From the human T2T-CHM13v2.0 reference genome, Homo sapiens: 64,000 bases of DNA. Where the stretch lies: assembly GCF_009914755.1 (NCBI RefSeq), contig NC_060935.1. One strand, given 5' to 3'. A program made the position numbers and the translations under genes. Positions 10,831-23,424 of the stretch are shown here, one piece after another (position 1 is the stretch's first letter; the number at the start of each line of letters is the position of its first letter). The notes beneath the pieces are model-generated. The model saw only the letters and a list, made by a program, of their open reading frames with translations, had not been told where the DNA came from and searched no databases.

Positions 10831-11989
10831 AGAGAGGGCTATGGCCTCCACTCCAGGCCCAGCTGGCCCCTAACGGACCCTCCCGCCCGCAGCACCTGCC
10901 CTCAGGGCCACAGGGGGCTGCTGGCACCTGGCTCGCTGGGAATGCTCCAGAGGTCCCCTGTCTGCTGCTCATGATTTCACAGACTTGGCAACCAGGACAG
11001 GATTGCTATTATTTTTCACCAGAAAACAATGTATGGATTTTGGGCTCTTGCTGATGATTCTAGAGGAAAACAGCTGAGAGGATGCGTGTTTTCAAGGGAA
11101 CATTCCTCTTTGGACTCGGTCCACTCAGTGTCCTCTTGGAAAACCACAGGGAGGGCTGGAAACAGTCTTAGACTCACATGAGGGGGAAAGGGAGACCAGA
11201 TCCTTCTCCCAGCTCTGCTTGTGGCTCTCTGTGTGATCCCATGAAGAGAGGAGGAGCAGTGACTCTCACCTGAAATGCTCCCAGCCAAACATGGCCTAAA
11301 CCAAACGGGATGGCCTCCCTGCCCCTATCCTGGTCCTCCATGGGCTGTCCCCATCTCATGGAATGGGGCCAAGCCTCACACATGGGTGTCACACGTCCTT
11401 CTGGGGATTCCTGTCCCTTGTATCTCTTGAATCAGGCTCTTAGATTCTTCTGCTTCATTCCATCATTGTAACCTCCTTCCACGACTCTCAAATCCGTCTC
11501 CTTCTCCATATCTCCACTGCCGTCCCTATGTTCCTCTCTGCCTTTGGCTCTGCACGGTACGAGCAGGTGGTCTCTGTCCAGCCAATGTGGGCCCTTTGCA
11601 CACTGGTGTGAGTGCTTCTAAGTCTCGTTCCAGCTCTCAGTTCGGCCTCTCCCAATCTCCTTGTGTCTTCCCACAGCATGTGGGAAAAGACTAGGAGGAC
11701 GGCACTGGGGCCACAAAGATAAGTCCATTGTCCCTGCACTCCAGGGATCTGAGCCCCGTGGGCCCCCGGCATGAGTATAATGTGGAAAGGAAGCCTGCGG
11801 AAAGGCTCCAAGAGGACGGTACGTTAGAACTGGGTCTCGAGACATGGGTGTCTGGGCCGTAGGGGTGCAGAAACCAGGTCCTGACTTGGCCTGGATGCAA
11901 GTGCCAGGGGCTGTTCTGTCTCTGTCAGCTCCAGGACCATTCAGGGGTGGCACAGAGCTTGGGAAGGAATGAATAACAGTCCTGGACAT

Positions 11990-13070
11990 TATGCCAACAT
12001 TCAGTGAGTGCCTACTGTGTGATCCAGTAGACCCTGGGTGATGTATTAACTTGCCAGTCCTCCCAGTAACCCAGATTAGTCCCAGTCTGCAGACGTGGAG
12101 GTGGAAGCTCAGAACAGTTCGGTCACTTGCTTGAGGCCACACAGCGAGGGGGGCAAAGCCAGGCCACCTGCTCCAGAGCCTAGGCATGGATGGGGGTGGA
12201 GGGGAGTCCTGAGCCGGGGGGGTTCTTTGCTGCCTTTGGGCAGGGTGGGCACAGAGGTCCCAGTCTCGCTCTTGGCCACGCCGAGTGCTCCCTTCCGCTG
12301 ACTGTGGCTGTAGTACCGACAGGTGTCTCTATTGATGCTACAGCCCCCACCTTTCATTGTCTCTGGGACAAAGGCTCCTCGGGCTCCTAGCTTTGGGACA
12401 AGACTGTGGCTGCTCCCTGCCATTGGCTAGGCCTCCCACTGGGGCCTCCTGCCCACTACCTCCCCATGCCTTGTGGCAAGCCTGTGAGTCAGCGTACCCA
12501 TTTCACAGCAGGGACACAGAAAGCCCCTGAAACCAGGGACTTTCCCAGCACAAGAGTGTCCAAGACTAGAATCCAACTTTGTCTCGGTCCAGCCACCTGC
12601 AGAGTGACCCACGCGGATAGTTGTCAGCCCTTGCTGAGCCATCCTTTGTTTCCTGTTCATACTTTCCCATAAGTCACAGAATCCTCCAGGCAACCCAGTG
12701 ATGTAGGCACTGTCACTATTCCTTCCTACAGACCTGGAAACTGAGTCACAAAAAGCAAGCTGCTTTCCCAGACCCCACTGCTCTGCTAGGTGGAGGCCAA
12801 GCTCGTGTGTGAACCCAGACCGCTGCTCTGAACGTCTCCACACCACACTGTGTAGAGGAAATAAGAGCTGGGAGACTTCTGCCTTCAGGGACTGTGTTTT
12901 TCCAAGAAGCCTGGAGGAAAGGATCTAACATTTATTGAGCACCTACTAAGTGCTGGCTGATCTCATAGCATTACTTTGCAAAGTGAATATTCTTCATCTT
13001 ATTTTATAGATGAGGAAATGAGACTCAAGGAAGCAATATTGACTTGTTCCAGGTCGCCTAGCTAGTGAGG
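11990..13070 (-). mobile_element. Cluster of MIR elements (about 11990-12180, 12480-12590, 12670-12850, 12925-13070)
   Basis: tttattgagcacctact..., attttatagatgaggaaatgagactcaag, ggaaactgagtcaca, gtcacttgcttgaggccacacagc. Confidence 0.7.
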
Positions 13071-14860
13071 ACGCGAGGAGAGGCAAGACTCTCCCCAGCC
13101 TGGGACCCCAGGGACCCTGCTAGTGAGGACGCCTGCTCCAAGCCTGGCCCCTCCAGGGAGGCTAGCTCTCACTAGCAGGGCAGCCTCCTTCCTTCTCCCT
13201 CCTTCCCGCCTCGGGAGAATTAAGTGGTAAATGTTTTCAAAGTCAACTGTCAAAAGAAAATGGTTAGAGGAAGGAAATGTGCAATTAGGAGCTTCAGAGT
13301 AATTTTCATCGTGTGGTTTGAGCTCGACTGTAAACACTCAGGAAGGAGAGAACGCGGCTGTTTCCCCCCCGGCTGGTTTCCTGCCAACTCTGCTGAGTCC
13401 CAGAACCGGGTGGGCTCCAGGCTGAGGCACTAGCAGGGAGGCCGGTGGGCAGCCAGCCTTGGACTGGGGAGGTGCTGGGGGCTGTGGGACACTCCCATTC
13501 CCAAGAGAAGCTTCTTCCAGCAGAATGTGCCGGCATTACAGAAAGGAAATATTAACATTATAATTATAATTCTGTTTATTTAATTAAGTTATTAAACAGG
13601 CCCAGCTTGGGGCGGGGCAGGGGGGAGAAAAAAAAAAAAACAACCCATAGTTTCATTCTAATTGTTTCTCCCAGGATGTAATTAGAGCCTTATAGAAGGA
13701 GTCAGAGCCAGAGAAGGCAGGGGCTCTGCCAGGCTGGGTCCAGGCCTGGTGCACAGCTCCGGGCAGGCTGGGCCTGGGGGAGTGGAAGGTAGAGGCTGGC
13801 TGTGGGAATGCAGCCTCTATGAGGGCTGGAACTCAGGCCTGTGTCCCCATGCCTGGCATGTACTAGGTGCTCAAGAAATAGTTGTGGAATAATTGCCTAG
13901 TGGACTTTGAGCAAGCAGAAAGGGCTGGTGGAGTGACTTTCTCAGCTGCCCTAAAGACATTCAGCAGATGATTTTTCTAGAAGGGATGCAGCAGCCTCCT
14001 CCTGGGGCTGCTCTTGGCCATTACCTCTGCTCTGACCTCCCTGGTGGCCCACCGTGGCTTGCAGGTGACCACACCGAGCAGCCTGTCTTAGATTGAGACC
14101 TTCACCTCTTCCTTCTGTGCCCTGGTCACTGTGGGCTGAGCCCTGGGGCAGAACAAACAAATGTCACCAGCTCCCAGGCTCCAGTGTGGAGGCTGCCCCT
14201 GTGCATCCCAAAGGGACGGGAGTATGAGGGCCCCAAAGGGTTCAGGAGGCTAAAACCCCTACTCCAGGTCCCCCAGTCTGAGAAGCCCTTTCTGGGACCT
14301 TGGACCAGGCCCAGCAGAGCCCCTCTTGAGGGGGCCAAGGGAGGCGCTGGCCCTGAACAGCCTCCAGATCCGGTCCTGTGCCCCTCGCGCTGACAGCTGC
14401 CCACAGGCTCCATGCAGAACCTCCCGTCAGACGGGAAGTGTCTTGTTCCAGCTGGCACGGCTTTATCGAACAGTCCTGGCTTTGTAAGTGTGGACAGCTG
14501 CGGGGAGAGGAGCTGGCTCTGGGGAGGTGTGGGGGCCGGGTCGGGGGCTAGACTGGGGAAGCTGAGGAGTGGGAGGTCAAAGCCAGCAGCATCTGCAAGT
14601 GGGTTGGGGGCCATGAAGGTTTGGTTTAGGGGGCATCCCCTGGAAAGCCGAGCCCCTAAACAGGAAGATGGGATGGGAGGCCAAATTGGGGAATGACCAT
14701 GAAAGAGAGAGAGGTGTGTGGGGGGAAGATGGGAGGGGCTGAGCCTGGCCTCCAGGGCCCTTGCTCAGCTCTGGTACAGTCAAGAAGCTGTCTTCATATG
14801 GGCCACACTGAGGCACCACAAAACCAACAACTTCAGAGAGATGGTAGGGCTTCTATATGC

Positions 14861-15475
14861 CACCTACCCACCCATCCACCCATCCACCCACTCATCCACC
14901 CACACATCCATCCATCCATCCATCCATCCATCCATCCATCCACCCATCCATCCACCCATCCATCCATCCATCCATCCATCCACCATCCATCCATTCATCC
15001 ATCCATCCATCCATCCATCCATCCATCCATCCATTCATCCATCCATTCGTCCATCCACGCATCCATTCATCCATCCATCCATCCATCCATTCATCCATCC
15101 ATCCCCCCCATCCATCTACCCACTCATCCACCCACCCACACATCCATCCATCCATCCATCCATCCACCCATCCATCCATCCACCCATCCATCCATCCACT
15201 CATTCGCCCATCCATCCACCCACCCATCCACCCATTGGTCCATCCATCCACCCATCCATCCATCCATCCATCCATCCACCCACCCTTCCACTCATCCACT
15301 CATCCATCCACCCCTCCTTGTACCCATCCATCTACTAGTACATCTATCCATCCATCCATCCATCCATCCATCCATCCATCCATTCATCCATTCACCCATC
15401 CATCCACTAATTCATCCATCCATCCATCCATCCATTCATCCACTCAACCATCCATCCTTCCATCCATCCAACATT
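14861..15475. repeat. (CCAT)n simple repeat of about 610 bp adjoining an L2 tail
   Basis: Long tccatccatcca tract, followed by antisense L2-like sequence to about 15610. Confidence 0.95.
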
Positions 15476-15669
15476 CATACAAGACTTGCACTAGGGCACA
15501 TCTTCTACTGGCCTCCAAAGACCCAGAAAATAATCAAATTGTCCCTGCCCTGTTGGGCATATATAGACACTTCCAGTGTGTATATATGAGCAGTGGAGGC
15601 AGGGGAGACAGAAGACAAATAAATCCCCCTGATAGGTCAGGAAACTTCTATAACTAAGAAGATGTAAAC

Positions 15670-15830
15670 CCACCCACTCACCCTAAGCCTCAATTTCTCA
15701 TCTGAAAAGTGGGGATAAGGTAGTGCAATGGTGAACTGCTATAGTGTTAGATGAGATGATAGACACAAGGTATTTGTTACTGTGCCTGGCATGGAAGGTG
15801 CTAAGTAACTGTTATGATTATTTTTAGCAT
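15670..15830 (+). mobile_element. MIR
   Basis: agcctcaatttctcatctgaaaagtggggataa...tgtgcctggcat. Confidence 0.7.
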
Positions 15831-16569
15831 CACCATTTCCATCATTATTCTCTCTGTCTGAAGAGAATAGGAGGATGAGAGTGGGCAGTTTAGGAAAGCC
15901 TTCTCAAGTGGGGTCATTTGGACTGGGTGTTGAAGGATGAGTAGGAGTTCATTGGGTACTAGTATTGTGCTTCCCCACTAGCAGCCCACATTCATACTAC
16001 ACTCATCCCTGCCTTTGCATCATACTTCTCACCCTTACTCCTCCTCCCCAAGGCCCCCTTCCTTTAGGTCCACCTCTAACCCTAACTCCTCCAGGAAGAC
16101 TTCTTGCCTACCCCAGGCATTATCTTGCTCCTTCCTCTTGTCTTGTGGCACAAAGATCACACCACACATCAGGCCCTCAGAACTTCATTCTGAATTTTGA
16201 AATGCTTCAGCTGACTCTTCAGGATGGGGCAGAGTCTTCTCCTCAAATCCCTTATATCTGGAGCCTCAGAGCTGGATAAATTTGTTGACTCTGCCCCAGG
16301 GGACAGCCAACAGTGACCAGGGCACAGAAGAAAGAGGTGAAGGTCTAAATCTAAGTCCCAAGAAGGTGTAGACCTATCTACAAACAGGAGCAGCCTCCTA
16401 GGACTTTGCCTGCATCTGCCTACAAGGTTAATGCAGTTCCTACCTGGAGCAGCTCACAGTATAAGGAACAGAGGGAAGAGGAGGACAAGGCTGGGAGTTT
16501 CTCTAGCATAGATTTCATGTCCTGGTTAAACTTGGGTCTTCAGCACCAAGCACAGAGTGGGGGCTAAGA

Positions 16570-16780
16570 ATCATTGGATGGATGGGTATGTAGGTGTATG
16601 TGTATGGTTAGAAGGATGCATGGAAGGATAAGTACATGGATGGATATATGGATGGATGGATGGATAATGGTTGGATAAATGGATGATGGATAACTGAATA
16701 GGTGGGTGGATGGGTGATGGATGGACAGTTGGATGTGTGGATGATGGACAGATGATTAGATGAATAAGTGGAAAGTTAAA
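16570..16780. repeat. (GGAT)n-rich simple repeat
   Basis: Degenerate tggatggatg tract. Confidence 0.85.
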
Positions 16781-16859
16781 CAATACAACTAGAATCTTTA
16801 GATTCTGATTAAACCATAGAAGCAGGAACTTTGAGACTGTATAGATCAACCCAAATTAA

Positions 16860-17625
16860 TTTACCTGATCAGTGCTTCTGAGTGTCTCTTTTTGCCAGAT
16901 ATTGTATGAGGTGCTGGGGATACCACAGGGAACAAGATACAATCCATGACCTCATGGAGCTTGGCATCTAGTTGAGAAGCTAGGAAATATGCAAATAAAG
17001 CCCAAACAAAATATTTTAAAGGTGATGACTGCCTGAAGCTTACTGGGGGGCACTTTAGTTAGGGGCATCAGGGAGAGTTGATGAGAGGATAAGATTGGAA
17101 CTGAGGACTGAATGGCAAGAGTCAGCTGTATGAAGATCTGGGGAAGACATGAGAACAGTAAGTGCACTGGTCCTGAGGCAGGAGCAAAGTTGGACTTGTT
17201 CAATAATGTAAAAAGATTTGAGTACTTGGAGTGGAATAAGAGAGGGAGCTGTGGCCTGAAATAGCAATAGAGAAACAGGACAGGGCAGATCACACTGGAC
17301 TTTGTAGGCCATGGCCAGAGGCATGGATTTTGTTCTGTGTAGGTTGGAAGGCACAGGAGGGTGTTAAACAGGAGGAGGAATGGTCTGAGTTCTGTAAAGG
17401 ATCACTGTGGCTACTCCATGGGGCTATACAGAAAGGCACGTGAGGGGAAAGCAGGAAGGCAGTGAGAGGGCATCACCATGGACCAGGCTAGAGAGGGAGG
17501 TAGTGCAGCTGGGGAGATGGGGCAGGTTCAGGACATGTTTGAAGGCACAGACAACAGAGTTGATTTATGATTTGGCTGTTGGGGAGAAGGATGCTTCCCA
17601 GCCGTTTCACCTCAGCAACTGGACT
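16860..17625 (-). mobile_element. L2 (L2a-like) 3' region
   Basis: gtgctggggatacc...ctcatggagctt...aaaggatcactgtggct...ctcagcaactgga. Confidence 0.75.
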
Positions 17626-17627
17626 GG

Positions 17628-17655
17628 CCTAACCCTAACCGTAACCCTAACCCTA
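17628..17655 (-). repeat. Short interstitial telomeric repeat, (TTAGGG) about 5 units
   Basis: cctaaccctaaccgtaaccctaacccta. Confidence 0.8.
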
Positions 17656-17685
17656 GCTGCCACCCACCCCCTACTCCTCTGCTGA

Positions 17686-17731
17686 GACTCACTGGAGCCT
17701 TGACCTCCCAGGTTCAAATGATCCTACCACC
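17686..17731 (-). mobile_element. Isolated Alu (J-like) fragment of about 45 bp
   Basis: ctcactggagccttgacctcccaggttcaaatgatcctaccacc. Confidence 0.75.
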
Positions 17732-17899
17732 AATTGCTATGGTGATAGAGTTGTTGTTTCTGATGATGGTGGCTGTGGTAGTGGTTTATTTCCTCCATCA
17801 GCAGGCTCTTCCACCATGACAATGAGCCATTTCCAGCCATTTTCAGGGACTCTGGAAGAAATTGGCTTGAAGAACAGCTGGACACACATCCAGTCTCAG

Positions 17900-18130
17900 A
17901 GCCTAGAGGTGAAGCACACGGACTCTGGAGTCAGAGAGACCTATGTTTGAATCCTGGTCCTACCACTTTCTCTCTCATCCTTATGTTAGTCACTTGACTT
18001 CTTTAGGTCTCTGTGTTGTCACCTGGAAAATGGAACTTTCCACCTCCTCGGGATGTTATGATGATAGATGTAACAAGCTCAGCACAGTGCCTGTACAGGT
18101 GAGAGCTCAGATAAAGACTCTGCTGTTAAC
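17900..18130 (+). mobile_element. MIR
   Basis: gactctggagtcaga...tttgaatcctgg...ctcagcacagtgcctg. Confidence 0.75.
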
Positions 18131-18699
18131 AATTACCTCTCCTCTGATGGGGAGTTTATCACCCCATCTCAGCAGCCCTGCTCCTGTTCCTAGTTCCAAC
18201 AGGCCCTGGGAACTGGGTTGCCAAGACCAGCTCCTGACAGCTGCCACCCACCCCCTACACTCCTCTGCTGAGGTTCCGGAGCCTAGGGGCATGGGGCATT
18301 GCGAAGGCCTCACTGGGTTTAGAATCGAGCAAGATTATAGAGCACATTTTGCAAGAGTGGGAGGAGGTGGAAGTAGCCCAATTCATAGTAGCTTTCCCAA
18401 CCCGTGGCTCTAATTGGCAGAGAACATCCCCTAAGGCACCTCTATGCTCCATGAGGAGCTTGTAATTAATAGGTGGGGATCCTGAGGGGCAAGGTTGACA
18501 AGGCTATGCTTGGGGGATGGAGCCCTCTGAGGGACGGGATTGAAAGGGTGTTTGCAGTCACATAGCCTGTCTAGGGATCAGTGTTTGTTTGTTTGTTTGT
18601 TTGGTTGGTTGGTTGGTTTTACCTCCCCAGTGGGGCATAGGCTGAAGTAAGGATCACACCAGTGTCCACAGGCTTCCTGCATGAGTTCCTCCATCCTTA

Positions 18700-20960
18700 C
18701 CTCTGTACTGATGACTTGCAGACCTCTCTCCCAGCCTGGCCTCCCTCCTGAATTTCAGAGTCATGTCTCCCAGTGTATGTGTTAATGTCTCTGTTTGGAT
18801 ACCCTACAGACATCATGGTGTGTTTCAAACTAAGGAATTCATTATCTCATTCAGTGACTTTTTCATTTCAGTTGTTATTTTCAGTTCTAGAATTTCCATT
18901 TGGTTCTTTTGATTGTAGTTTTTGTTTCTCTGCTTAGAGTCCTTATCTGCTCCCTTATGACAATCATATTTTCCATTAATTTGTCAAGCATATTTTTCTC
19001 TAACTTTTTTGGACATATTTATTATTGCTGCTTTGAATGATTTTTCTGCCAAATCTGTTATTCGGGCTATGTCAGGATTGGTTTCTACGGATGGTTTTTG
19101 GTTTTCCTTTTGCCTATGAGTCATGTTTTCCTGTTTCTTTGTGTGTTTGATAATTGTTGGATTATATTTTGGACCTTGTGGGTGATAAGTTGCAGAAACT
19201 CTGGATTCTGATATCCTGCTCTGAAAAGGGTTGATTTTTATTCCAGGAGGCATTTCAATTACTGGTGGATTACTTGAGTGTGTGTAGTCTTGGTCTTATT
19301 ATTTGTTATGGCTGATCTGTGGGAAGCCTAATGTGTTTCCCAAATTTCTCTCAACTTGGTGAGCATCCAGCTCCAATATGCAAATCTTTTTGAGGCTTAG
19401 TTCTAAAGGCTTTGTTAGAGAAGATCTACAGCAGGCTTTACTCAAGGATGTGGACCTTATTACTAAGATGAGGCTTTTCTGGCCTTGCAGATAGATGCCT
19501 GCTGTGTTAATGAGTTCTCTGTACTCTGGTTAGGAAAGAACTCCAAAGTCCCCGAGCACTGCTTGACATCTGGAATCTCTGTTTCACTCTCAACGTTATA
19601 GGAGTCATTCTTCATTAAGCCTGAGGTGGTCTCACCAGCAGGCAGGGCCCCTCAGCTGGACTTCTTCCTCCTTCCCCTATGCAGCTCCCTCTTCTCCAAG
19701 GCCCTGCCTTGAAGATTCTAGGTGCTTCAGTGATACAGGTTGAATGTTTGTACCCTACTAATCTCATGCTGAAAGGTAATCCCCAGTGTTTGAGGTGGGG
19801 CCTGGTGGGAGGTGTTTGGATCATGGGGGTGGATCCTTCATGAATGACTTAGTGCCATCCCCTTAGTGATGAGTGAGTTCATGTGAGATCTTGTTTAAAA
19901 GTGTGTGGCACCTGCCCCTTCTCTCTCTTGCTTCTGCTCTTGCATGTGACATACCTGTTCCCACTTCACCTTCCACCATGACTGGAAGCTTCCTGAGGCC
20001 CTCACCAGAAGCACATGCCAGCACTACACTTCCTGTACACCCAGCAGAACAGTGAGCCAATTAAACCTCTTTTCTTTATAAATTACCCACTCTCGGGTAT
20101 TCCTTTATAGTAAAGCAATGGACCAACACATTCAGCTATTCCAGACTCTAGTCTCTGTCCGCTCTGAACACAGTGTGAGGGCCATTGTATTCAATGTGGA
20201 TCCCAGCTCACTGCACCCTGATTGTGAATTTGTCCCCAAGCACAGATCCAGGGAGATCATGGGGCTCATCTCATATTTTTTTCTTCTTCTTTTGGGGATT
20301 GAAAGCTTGTTCTGTCAGGGATACAATGTTGGCCTTCTGTATTCTGTCCAGTCTTCTGATTGCTTATAGCTTAAGTTACTATGCCATGACCAGACATGAG
20401 CAATGCATATCTTTACCCAAAACCTTCCTCTCTCATATTCTTCATTCACTCATTTCTCCAAAATAGAATCTTTGCCACCGCCCTCTCTATCACTCCCTAT
20501 GGGCGATTCATCAGCAAAATTGGCTCCTTTGACATTTCACTGGAGCCCTTGAGTCTGTCAAACTTTCCTTCTCTCCTCCCCTTGCCCAGGTCCAGGTCAC
20601 TGCCTGTCTTCACTAGGACCAACCAACTGCCTCCTCGCTGGCCGCCAGCCTCCAGTCTTGCTCTGTTCTGGTCCATTCCCCACCCAGCAGCCAGAGGCCC
20701 CCTTTAAACCTACAGATCTGATGTTGGCTGTGCCTTACATAAAGCCCTGAAGTTGTAGTCTTGGCTGGCAAAATTCTTGAAATCTGCAACCCCCACCTAG
20801 CTCTGTCCCCCTTTTATTGTCACTTCCCCACATTCCTGCCACATGGATCTATTTGCAACTCCTAGATGCCATCAGACCACCTGTTGTCTGGGAGCCCTTG
20901 CTCCAAGTGTGACTGCTGTCCCTGGATATTCTGTCTAGCAAGGTTTCCAGTGTAGTCCAT
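18700..20960 (+). mobile_element. L2 interrupted by an old minus-strand L1M 5' fragment (about 18848-20390)
   Basis: L2-like at 18700-18845 and 20400-20960; T-rich antisense L1 5'UTR/ORF1 sequence in between. Confidence 0.55.
19731..20130 (+). mobile_element. MaLR solo LTR (MSTB-like)
   Basis: TG...CA termini, MST-type sequence (ggtggggcctggtgggaggtgtttggatcatggggg), 5-bp TSD TTCAG at 19726-19730 and 20131-20135. Confidence 0.9.
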
Positions 20961-22149
20961 TGTCACCCACACTGGGTGGCCTTCAAGGCCGAGTGAGGCC
21001 TTTCTCTATGTGCAGGCACAGTGCCTGTGTTTCCTCCCTCAGCAGGCTCTGAGCTCCGCTAAAGCAGAAAGGGAGGTGGGTTCACCGCACTTCCCAGAGC
21101 CTGGAGGACACGCTCCCTTACTGTCTGACGAGGGAGTCAATGTCAAAGGCTACAGAGGGGCAGGAAGGCGGAGGTGTTTGTGCACCACGATGCTGGACGT
21201 GGAGCCTGGGGACTTCCCAACATGGATGCAAGCTCTGCAGAGGGAAGGGGTGCTCTACAGGCTGACCACTGGCAACGACTCTGGGCGTTCTGCTGGCACC
21301 CACAGGGACAGTGGTGGTGAGTTCTGCTCCTTGCAAGAAGGCAGTGAGCACAGCCCAGGATGAAGGGGTGCGTGTAGATGGGGCCATGTGCACGTTGGTC
21401 CCCAGAGATACTTCCAGGGCCACCTGCAACCCCCTGAGGACCCCCAGACCTGCTGGAAGACCTGAGATTGGAAGGATTTCATGCTCCCCCTGGCCGCTGC
21501 CTCCTGTCTCCCCCACTTTGGCCACCTATCACCCCATCCAGTGGTACCCTCCTTTGGTGGGTAACTCCAGCAGAGACCTCAACTTTCTATGCTTTTCAAC
21601 CTCCGGCCTCAGGGCGCGTTGCAGGAGTCCCCAAACCAAGGGCGTTTCTCCTTCTCGCCACCAACTTCCCACCCCTGGGAAAGTCCACATTCCTGAGCCA
21701 GACATTCACCCGGGGGAATCATTACCCAGTGCCCTGTGTGCAGATGCCAGGGCAGCGGGTGTCCTTCCTCCCCAGGGCTGCATCCTTCCCCTGCAGACTG
21801 CACAGGGTGCCCCCAGCCTGCCTCCCCAAAAGTCTTAGGTAACTGTTGGGTCTCTCACTCTAACACCCACATAAGTTGGGTCTGGATAAACCACAATGCG
21901 GGATCCTTCAGGGGATGGAGACAGTAGCTGAGGAAAAGAAAGAGAAGTGGGACTCAGGAGAGTGGTAGGGAGACACAGGCCATGAGTGAGGCAGGGAGAG
22001 AGTGAGAGGTGTGGACGGACCCTCTGTCAATCCCAGAGGTAACGCTGACCACCCCCAGGGCAGGGCAGGAGCCAAGAGACAAGAAGAGAGGAACCCGGGG
22101 AGCGTTTCAGCCCAAGCTGAGGAGGCCCCAAGAGTCCCTGCACCCCAGG

Positions 22150-22620
22150 AGTTCTGTGGGTGTCCAGGGCAAGAACCCCTGTGCCGGAAATGCCTTCTTT
22201 TGCCCCTCCAGGCCTGCCCTCTGCTCTGCTCTCTGCTTCAGGGGCTAAGCCCGATGGACTCATTCCTCAGCTCCCATGCCCTCTGGCTTCCTTTTGGGAG
22301 TGCCCCAGCTGTAGGTGAAAGGGAGAGGGGAGGGTGAAGTCAGAATATTCATGTCACAGCATCGAAAGCTTTGGGGTCACTTTGGGCAGGCTGTGTCCCT
22401 AGACTGAAGGTCTTAAGCTTCTCCCAAGGCAGGCCCCTCTCCAACATTCCCTCCTTTCCAGGTTCTGGCATGGCTTATGCCTTCCCTTAAACCTTCAGCC
22501 TCAGGGTGGCCGCAGCCCTGGGGCATGGACTGTGGTGCACTGCCTGCCCCTATGGTTTCCCTGTACCCAGTAGTTTTCCCAACTTGAGTCATTCTTTCCT
22601 AGTGGAAACCTGACACTTCC
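22150..22620. mobile_element. Possible ancient ERVL LTR (LTR33-like) remnant
   Basis: Weak resemblance by eye only. Confidence 0.3.
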
Positions 22621-22829
22621 CCATTCTGTGGCAGCCTAGGAGGGTGGTCTGTACCCCAGAGAGGCCTCTAGCTGTGATGTGCCACTGCCTCCCTATGCAG
22701 GAGGCTTTGATGGGGTACACTCTAAACACCCCCAGGACGACCCAGGCATCCTCCTGGAAAGCTGGGTGCAAGCCAGAGCAGGGCTCCCAGGTCCATGAGG
22801 GTGCAGCAGATGGAAGGCCAGCCCGGTGA

Positions 22830-22990
22830 CCATGTGGTGATAGCACAGGGCAATGATGACTGGAGGCTCTAGGGTCACAGGGATTTTGGTTCAAGTTCTG
22901 CCTCTACCTGTTACTCATTGTGCACCCTTGGGGTGCCCCACATCATCTCTCTGAGGCTCAGTTCCACCTAGAGTTCTATACAGAATTCAG
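22830..22990 (+). mobile_element. MIR
   Basis: ggttcaagttctgcctctacc...ctctctgaggctcagtt. Confidence 0.6.
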
Positions 22991-23424
22991 CAAGAAGCCG
23001 AGTGTGCAGCCCCCAGCCCCAGCTCCAGCGCACAGTGGCCCCAGCACACACTGATGGGGCACGTTTTCCCAGCTGCCCTGTTGGTTTTCCTCAGTGAATC
23101 GCTGCTGAGTCAGTTAGCAGGTCCCCAAAGTAGAAACTTTGTCAGATCCCAAAGAATGTCAGCCCCAGTGACTCACGTGTGTTTCTCCCAAAAACACAAT
23201 CGCAGGCCTTTGGGATCAGCTCAGCCATCTCTGAGACATTTCAATGCTGTGAGCAGGATGCTGGGTTCCGGCCACAAAAGAGCTGGGTGCAAGCCTGGTC
23301 TCCATGAAAGGAGTTCCCACTTGGAAAATCTGATTCAATTGACTTCTCCCTTTCAGTTTAGCTTCACAGTTCCCTGGCTATGTCTACATCTAAGAACTAT
23401 GGCTCCATGATGAATTGCCTGGCA

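Noticed and set aside
12536-12545. Canonical NF-kB site GGGACTTTCC
   Set aside because: Single 10-mer inside a MIR with no supporting cluster
14693-15657. ORFs of 206-298 aa rich in H/P/S/I
   Set aside because: Translation of the (CCAT)n microsatellite
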